Source: Rhizaria sp. SCN 62-66 (taxonomy: Eukaryota). From it: a stretch of 64,000 bases of DNA. Shown here piece after piece: positions 57,390 to 64,000 of this stretch. A program made the translations under genes and the position numbers. The notes beneath the pieces were generated by a model. That model worked only from the letters and a program-made list of their open reading frames with translations, was not told the DNA's origin and searched no databases. The DNA lies in assembly GCA_001724265.1 (NCBI GenBank), contig MEDY01000002.1, positions 62,001 to 126,000 of the forward strand, read 5' to 3'. How positions within the stretch are numbered: position 1 is the stretch's first letter; the number at the start of each line of letters is the position of its first letter.

Positions 57390-58478
57390 ATGACCAACAA
57401 GCCATCCAACAAGAACAAGTCCCCCGCTGCGTCGTCGACGTCTGACGCTGTGCAGCAGCCCGTCTGCTCCGCCGACGCCGCCGCGATCAACATTCTGACT
57501 CCGCACCAGCGCCGCTTCGCGCTCACCGACGTCAAAGCCGCCCCTTCCGTCCTGACGACGATCAGGCGCCAGTTCCGCGTCGACGACATCAGCTTCATCC
57601 ACGCCCTTGTTGGCCTTGCACTGGCGACCGTGGGCATGCTTACAGAGACCCCCACGCTCAAGTTCTGGCACTGGGCCGACGAAGGAGGTTTCTTCTCCTC
57701 CCCGACCTCCGCTTTCCAGATTGCTACGTTCGCAATCTCCATCTCTTACTTCTTTTACGACACCTACTGGATCTTTGTCAAGGCCCGCGCCCGCGCTAAC
57801 CACGAGGGCGTCAACCCGGGCGGCTTAACTTTCACTCTCGAGGACTACGGGTACCTGTTCCACCACTTCGCCTGCGTCTTCGGGCTCGGTTTCCCAGTGC
57901 TCTATAAGGTCGACGGCCCCATTGGTATCGTGGCCTACTTCATTGGCGAGGCGTCGAACCCGCCGCGTGCGGTCGCCGAGTTTATCTCCTGGGAGCTGGC
58001 CGAGATGCGGGCGACCATCGCCAAAGCGGGCAAGGCGGGGCTGGCCAAAGCCGGAGTCACGCTGGAGCAGTGCACGAAGACCTATTCGTACCTGTACAAC
58101 ATGCAGGAGATGATGGCACAGGCGCACTTCGCGTCGTTTATTGTCTGCCGCCTCTATTTGGTCAAGTTCGTGTTTTCCTACATGCTCCCCATGTGCGAAC
58201 TCTGGACTTCCAAGGCCGCTGCCATCATGGTCCTGCTTTTCTCCCTCGCCAGCGTGATCTTCATCTTTAACGCGCGTAAGGTCGCGATGAAGGAGCACGT
58301 GGAGGTACACATGAGTCCCTTTGCGCGCATCGCCGCCGCCGCCGCCACGGCCACCACGGGCGCGGGCAACGTCGACAGTGATGCCATCTACAATAACAGC
58401 GAGAGGGAAATTGCGAGCCACAGTCAGACTCAAGCTCACGCTCCAGCGAAGGGAAAGAAGAGTAACAAGCTCGACTAA
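57390..58478 (+). CDS. TLC (TRAM/LAG1/CLN8) domain membrane protein, TLCD/TMEM136-like, 362 aa, intronless
   Basis: Motifs ISFIHAL, SISYFFYDT, YLFHHFAC, GEASNPP and FASFIVCRL, with multiple TM helices; ATG to TAA. Confidence 0.85.
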   Translation: MTNKPSNKNKSPAASSTSDAVQQPVCSADAAAINILTPHQRRFALTDVKAAPSVLTTIRRQFRVDDISFIHALVGLALATVGMLTETPTLKFWHWADEGGFFSSPTSAFQIATFAISISYFFYDTYWIFVKARARANHEGVNPGGLTFTLEDYGYLFHHFACVFGLGFPVLYKVDGPIGIVAYFIGEASNPPRAVAEFISWELAEMRATIAKAGKAGLAKAGVTLEQCTKTYSYLYNMQEMMAQAHFASFIVCRLYLVKFVFSYMLPMCELWTSKAAAIMVLLFSLASVIFIFNARKVAMKEHVEVHMSPFARIAAAAATATTGAGNVDSDAIYNNSEREIASHSQTQAHAPAKGKKSNKLD

Positions 58479-59840
58479 GTACTTTCACAGTCGACTAAGT
58501 ATGCTCATACACTTGCTTAAAGTTGAGATACTTAGCGTGTTTGGAAGCAAGTACGCTTTGTGCTTACTACGTGGGAGGTTGTTGCTAGAGATTTGTAAAG
58601 ATGGTGGTTGCATTTTGCATTTGTATTTTTCTTACTATACGTTTCTTATATTATGCTATGACGTGTGGGCCGTATATGTTGCGATGACTCACTCGTATAG
58701 CTATGACTCCTCAAAGCTATCGTCTTATACCTTGAGAGAAAGTCATTATCTTATTTCCGAAAGCGACTTCACGTAGTGTCACATTCTCCTGTTATCATGA
58801 CTGCTCAACTTACGTAACCTTGTTTCTGGTTGATATATAACGCAGTTTGTTTTGCGTGTGTGTGAAACATTGTGCATGGACAAATCTTTAAAACGCTTCT
58901 CTCATCTTGTGACTTCGATTTCGAACTGAAGTCAGCACACGATGCCGACAATACACACAAATTTCAAGTTATCCGAAACTAAATCCAATCAACTGATTGT
59001 GCAGCGTTGTAAACGCCAACAATATAATAAACTAATGTAACATGTATTATCGGTCATAAATAAGTGTGTTTGGTTGACGAAACCTAAACCGTTCACAACA
59101 ACGTATGACGGTTGTTCCTAAACTTAAACTGATAATTAACATAGAATACGGTGATTCATATTACACTAAAAGGCCAACAAAGCGCCAGCAACTTCAATAA
59201 TAATAATGAGATTTTGTCGTCAAGTGGTGACAGGGGAAGGGAAGAAGACAAATATGAACGGGTAAAAGGGTAAGTAGTATTTGAACATAAAAACACATGA
59301 CAATACTAGCGTTGCTATGCGGCTGTGTGTTTTAATACTTGTGATTTTACAAACGAAACTGAACGAAACAAAGAGTACACACAAACTATACAGAAAAAGC
59401 GCAACAGATAAAGACGTTTACACACCACAAACAAAGTGGTGGGAACAAACTCTTTTGCGCTCTCGCAGAGTCTCCGAGAGGCAAAGTTACATAGAAACAA
59501 AAAACACAAAAACGACGTGTTTTCTTTTCACTTATCACTAAATACAGAAACAAATACAAAACTACAAGAGAAACGAAAACCAGGACAAACAAACGACAAA
59601 GCATTAACAACAGCGATTGATGTGCAAACAAGCACGCCAACCAACCACGTGTTACCACTAGTACCGTGAGGCCTTTATGGTTGATGTTGCTGGTGCTGCT
59701 GTAGTTGCGACTGTGTTGCTGCGCCTTAAGTGATAAAACATGTTTCACGTGAAGGCAGAGCGCAGAGAGCGTGTATAACATCATGTTGCCGCTGCTGTTC
59801 TGCTCTGCTAAGGCGTGCATTTCACGTGTGCGCTTTCGCC

Positions 59841-62800
59841 TTAGGTGATGAAATAGCGCAGAGGAAACATAAAGTGCCCGGCATGCGCCGTCCGCACGCA
59901 CGGACTCGGCCCGCGGTGCCCCACAGTGCCGTTACTGCCCGTGCTAGACGGCGCAGGCTGGTGGTACCCGTCGCCGGGCCAAGGGCCGACCTGCTCGGCC
60001 GTCGCGCGCACACCGCAGCAGGCGAAGAGAAAGCTGCCGTCGGGACCCTTGGTCGGCGGCTGCGGGTGGTAGCCGCACAGACTCGCCCCCATCAGTCCCA
60101 CCGCGTTCGCGCTCGCTGAATCAGCAGCCCCGCCGCCGCTGCCGCCGCTGGAAAGTTTAGCCGCGGCCGCGGTGGTGTGCGCGAGGCAGAAGACGTCGTC
60201 GCAGCGCCAGCACACGCGCGCCGCGTACTGGATCTCGCTGCGGGCCGCGTGGGTTTCCTTGCCGTTCTCCGTCTCGGCCGTCGTGTTGGGACCAAAATGC
60301 GTGAGCAGCGACGGAGTAGCACTGAAGAACGGGGTCTTGGTCGCCGGCGCGAGCGCAAAAGTGCCCGTGCCGGGGGCCGTGTTGGCGCTCAGCGCGGGCG
60401 GCGTCGCCGCGGTGGTGTCGGCGGACACGGCCAGCAGACTGGCCGGGGTCACGGGGGCCGGGCCGTTGCCGCTGCCGCCGCCGAGGAACGTCTTGCTGTT
60501 GACCGTGAGCACGACGTCGACGCGGCCTAACTTATCCGCCCAGTCGAACAGCACCTCGCCGGGGCCGTATGCGTCGACCAGAGGCGCGTATTGGTACCCG
60601 AAGTAGGACTTGAGCATCGGGACGGCGGGCGGGGCGGTGCTGTTGTGCCTGCCGCCGACGCTGGCGCTGTGCTGCTTGACTGCGTGCTTCCACGCCGCGA
60701 TGCCGTGCTCGAGTGCGCGGTGCCGGTGCGAGTACACGCGCGTCATCGCCACCGCGGCGCCGGACTCGACGACAGTGCCCTCGCGCGCGCGGAGCTCCTC
60801 GGCGCGCACGGCGACGAACTGCTGCCCCGTGACAGGGTGGCGCAGCACGAAATCCCGCTCGTACGACAGCGAACGGTCGCTGCCTTCCTCTGCCTCCCAC
60901 GCGCGCTTGACGCGGAAGCGCACGAGCTCGATCGACATGGCGTCCGTGCCGCGCACAGTCACAGTGAAGAGCGGCGCCTGCCCGCGGCCGCGCTTGCGCG
61001 CCGACTTGCGGTCGTCAAAGATGCGCAGGATGACGATGTTGCTCGCGTCGCGCTCCTTGTTCATGGCGGCCAGCTCGGCGGCCTGCTTCGGCGTCTGGCC
61101 CATGTCCAGGTTGGGGAACAGGCGCCAGCCGCGCAGCAGCGCGGTGTGGAGCGCGATGTGTTTATCCACGAGGACGCCCGTGGCGCGGGACCGCAAATGC
61201 ACGGCGACGCCGTTGTTGATGCGGTTACGCGCCGCTTTGCGCGGGTCCAGCGTGTCGATCTTTGCGCTGTGGCGCGCGCAGCAATTGAGCTGGTTCTGCA
61301 GCCCGCGGATCGAGGCCGCGTCGACCAGCGCCGTGACGTTGACGGGGCTCTTGTTGTTGGCATTGCCAGTGCTCGGGTCGTCGTCGTTGTCGTGGTCGCT
61401 GTGGTCATTATCGTCGCCAGTCCTGTTACTGGAGGTGTTGATCTCACCGTCAACGTTCCCATCGTCGTCGTCGTCGTCGGTGTCGGAGACGTCGTAGTCG
61501 TCCCCATCGTCGTCGCCGTCGCCGCCCGCCCCACCGCCGCCGCCGCCGTGGCCGTGGCCGCCGCGCGCGCTGGCGGCCGACCCGCTTGGCCCCGCCAGCC
61601 CTCCCAGCCGGCTCGCGCCGGTGGCGTACTCGGCCGCCTCGCCGGGGGTCTGCGCCAGCGACGCGATGCCGCTGTAGGCCTGCATGAGCGACTGTGCGAG
61701 CCCTTCGATCTGCGTCATCTTGCTCGCGGACTCCTCGACCTCCCGGATCTGCCCCACAGTCACCTTGTGGTCGCGCGCGTCGACGATGTCGAACAGCACG
61801 GGCACGTACACCGGCGAATCGCTGGGGTGCACGAGGGCGAACTTGGCGCAGCCCACGGTGAGCGCGTCCGCGTACGTCGCCGCGTCAACGCCGGCCTTGC
61901 GGGCCGGGTGCGTGTTCTGGAATAGCTCGCCACAGACCTTGCACACGCGCACTGCGTGCCCGCGCTCCGTCTGCGTCCACCACTTGGACTGCGCCGCCAA
62001 ACGCTGCACCCAGGCGGCGTCGGCCACGGGGTGGTAGAAGGGGAAGGGCGCGAACGGGCTGTTGGCCGTCAGCGCAGACCGGTCCGTCAGCACGGGCGGC
62101 GTCGCGGGCGCTGTCGCAGCGTTGCACAGCACCAAGTCGATGACGCCGTTGTCGTCGGCAAAGTCCTCGATCTGCTGCACGTTGGTGACGGGCAGCAGCA
62201 TCAGCGGGTGCCGCAGCTCCATGTCGCCAATCTTGCGCGTCGCCACCTTGTTCAGCGCCCGGAACGACGATACGACCTCTGCCCACACCTTGATAGACCA
62301 GAACGTCGCCCGCTGCTGCTCCGCCGAAGCTTCGTTCGCCGCGCCCGACACGTCGCACCGCGGCAGCGTGAACGAAAACCACGGCGGCTGACGCACACCA
62401 CGGGCGTCCGTCCTCGCGGGGCCGTAGCCCCCCGCGGCGCTCGCGCTGCCGGAAGTTAGGCCGCTGTCGTAAACGTTGATTGTAAGTCTGGGGTGCGCGG
62501 ACGCCCGCGCGGCGAGGTCGTGCGACAGCGATGCGTGGAGCGCCTCGGTGCGGAACACGGCCGACTTGCGGCGCGACTGCGAGATGGCCTCGAGGCTCGC
62601 CAAACGAGCGCGCGTGTCGGCCTCTGCGCTGCGCTGCGCGCGCTCGGCGGCGTTGAGTCGGCGCAGACGCAGCGGGGTGTAGAGCGAGCCCTCGTGCGGG
62701 CAGGGCGAGCAGCCGAGCATTTTGACCGGGGCGGCACGTAGCAGGCCAGTCCATTGGTGGCTGCCGCGGCGGGCGCTGTTAGGGCCCGAAGCGGCGGAGG

Positions 62801-63998
62801 CGGCGGCGGCGGGGTCGGTTTCGTCGTCGTCGTCGTCGTCGTCGTCGTCCCCGTCGCCGTCGTCGCCCGAGTCGTCGTTGTCCGACACCACGAACTCCTG
62901 ATCCGGGTCATACTCATCATCAAAGCCCAGCGCCGTGACGAACGGCATCTGCTTCTGATTCGCCGCCGCCGCCACCTCAGCCATCACAGTCGCGACAGCC
63001 GTCAGCGTCACGGTGTTCGCGCTGGGCGTGCTGGCGGGCTTCTTCACGCCGCCGTTGTCGTCCTCGTCAGAGTCGGGCTCACGGTCGTCGTCGTCCTCGT
63101 CCTCGTCGTCCCCGCCGTTGGGCAGCAGGTCCGGGCGGAGGTTGCTGGGGCCCAGATGCGGCGGAGGCCGGACGGGCGCGGGCGCGAAGCCGCAGCAGGG
63201 ATGCACCACGAGCGGCATCAACGCGCTGCTGGCGCTGCTGTTACCATGCGCGGCCCCAGCGGCCGAGGTGGGGGTGGTGGCGGCGGAGGACTCGGTGCTG
63301 TTGACTGAGGAAGCCTTGCCGCCGCCGATGCGGAACACCTTGCTTGCGGCCCCGGCGCCTGCGGGCGTCGGCGCGGGCGCAATGGAGGCCTTGCTGATGC
63401 TCGAGGGCCCGCGCGCGCTCACGTTGCCGCTGCTGTTGGACGTCGCGATATTGCCGCCGCTAACGGGGTTGTTGGCGTTGAGGTCGGCGAGCTTCTCCGG
63501 GTGGCGCAGGCACGCGCCGCCGTGGTTGACGTCATCGCTGAAGTACCGCTGGCACTTGGTGCAGATGCGCAGCAGGCGGTGCCGCTCGTCCGCGGTCGCG
63601 TGCTCGGTCCAGCTGAACCGCGCCCCCGCGGCTGGCATCAGCACCACGTCGACGGGGATCACCACGGTGCCGTCCTGCTTCCACGCGTCTAGCTGCCGCT
63701 GCCGCTGGAGGTTCGCCGCGGTCGCGAGCGAGAACACGTCCGCGTCGGCGGTCGGCGGCGGCACCACGGCGGCCGTGGCGCCGATCGAGGCGCGGCGGCG
63801 GAGGTTCGGCACACCAGGTCCCCCGGCCGAGGCCCCCCCGCCTGCGGCGGCGGCGGCGGCGGCCGCGGCGGCCACAGCGGCGGCGCCGGAGCCTGCGGTG
63901 ATGCTACCGCGCGTCTTCTTGCTGTGCAGCTCGATCAAGTCCTTGACCGTGGCGCGGTACGCATACAGCAGAGGCTCGCCGGCGCATCCGGGGTCGTC
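59841..63998 (-). CDS. Large hypothetical protein (5'-truncated) with three repeats of a Cys/His zinc-finger-like module
   Basis: Frame is open from the window end (DDPGCAGEPLLY...) to TAA at 59843-59841. Contains RICTKCQRYF..CLRHP..CCG..GCSPCPH, RVCKVCGELF..C..HP..CC and RVCWRCDDVF..CGYHP..CCG..PCVRTAH. Confidence 0.8.
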   Translation of the reverse strand, partial: DDPGCAGEPLLYAYRATVKDLIELHSKKTRGSITAGSGAAAVAAAAAAAAAAGGGASAGGPGVPNLRRRASIGATAAVVPPPTADADVFSLATAANLQRQRQLDAWKQDGTVVIPVDVVLMPAAGARFSWTEHATADERHRLLRICTKCQRYFSDDVNHGGACLRHPEKLADLNANNPVSGGNIATSNSSGNVSARGPSSISKASIAPAPTPAGAGAASKVFRIGGGKASSVNSTESSAATTPTSAAGAAHGNSSASSALMPLVVHPCCGFAPAPVRPPPHLGPSNLRPDLLPNGGDDEDEDDDDREPDSDEDDNGGVKKPASTPSANTVTLTAVATVMAEVAAAANQKQMPFVTALGFDDEYDPDQEFVVSDNDDSGDDGDGDDDDDDDDDETDPAAAASAASGPNSARRGSHQWTGLLRAAPVKMLGCSPCPHEGSLYTPLRLRRLNAAERAQRSAEADTRARLASLEAISQSRRKSAVFRTEALHASLSHDLAARASAHPRLTINVYDSGLTSGSASAAGGYGPARTDARGVRQPPWFSFTLPRCDVSGAANEASAEQQRATFWSIKVWAEVVSSFRALNKVATRKIGDMELRHPLMLLPVTNVQQIEDFADDNGVIDLVLCNAATAPATPPVLTDRSALTANSPFAPFPFYHPVADAAWVQRLAAQSKWWTQTERGHAVRVCKVCGELFQNTHPARKAGVDAATYADALTVGCAKFALVHPSDSPVYVPVLFDIVDARDHKVTVGQIREVEESASKMTQIEGLAQSLMQAYSGIASLAQTPGEAAEYATGASRLGGLAGPSGSAASARGGHGHGGGGGGAGGDGDDDGDDYDVSDTDDDDDDGNVDGEINTSSNRTGDDNDHSDHDNDDDPSTGNANNKSPVNVTALVDAASIRGLQNQLNCCARHSAKIDTLDPRKAARNRINNGVAVHLRSRATGVLVDKHIALHTALLRGWRLFPNLDMGQTPKQAAELAAMNKERDASNIVILRIFDDRKSARKRGRGQAPLFTVTVRGTDAMSIELVRFRVKRAWEAEEGSDRSLSYERDFVLRHPVTGQQFVAVRAEELRAREGTVVESGAAVAMTRVYSHRHRALEHGIAAWKHAVKQHSASVGGRHNSTAPPAVPMLKSYFGYQYAPLVDAYGPGEVLFDWADKLGRVDVVLTVNSKTFLGGGSGNGPAPVTPASLLAVSADTTAATPPALSANTAPGTGTFALAPATKTPFFSATPSLLTHFGPNTTAETENGKETHAARSEIQYAARVCWRCDDVFCLAHTTAAAAKLSSGGSGGGAADSASANAVGLMGASLCGYHPQPPTKGPDGSFLFACCGVRATAEQVGPWPGDGYHQPAPSSTGSNGTVGHRGPSPCVRTAHAGHFMFPLRYFIT

Positions 63999-64000
63999 AG

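Noticed and set aside
58480-59840. Short ORFs or RNA genes in the AT-rich convergent spacer
   Set aside because: No coding bias and no recognisable tRNA/rRNA/snRNA structure; most simply the 3' UTRs of the TLC and zinc-finger genes.
161-63692. Hundreds of overlapping antisense and alternate-frame ORFs of 60-580 aa in the track
   Set aside because: Shadow ORFs expected from GC-rich, repeat-rich coding sequence. They translate to poly-L/C/R/A with no family motifs and overlap well-supported genes.

Overview
Gene-dense eukaryotic (protist-type) nuclear DNA: GC-rich exons, short AT-rich spacers, and spliceosomal GT-AG introns of 132-215 nt whose donors are all GTACG(T/C). Seven genes are supported: (1) 5'-truncated UVRAG/Vps38; (2) a giant, ~11,230-aa ion-channel-like/class III adenylyl cyclase of the Paramecium AC / Plasmodium AC-alpha type, formed by joining three ORFs of the track; (3) a ~4,500-aa voltage-sensing phosphatase (VSP/TPTE-like); (4) a small unknown minus-strand gene; (5) OLA1/YchF with 3 introns; (6) a TLC-domain membrane protein; (7) a 5'-truncated protein with three Cys/His zinc-finger-like repeats. 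Main observation: three genes each carry one in-frame TAG, in two cases with parts of a conserved domain architecture on both sides, while every gene end seen is TAA (6) or TGA (1). This suggests UAG is decoded as an amino acid (probably Gln), is read through or is edited; sequencing error is not excluded. The giant cyclase lacks both metal-binding aspartates, and its catalytic domain is split by a ~3,400-aa low-complexity insert. TAA(G/C)T-containing words (GGCTTAACT, GTAAGT, CTAAGT) recur inside coding sequence against the codon bias. Family assignments come from recognising motifs by eye; no database search was run.
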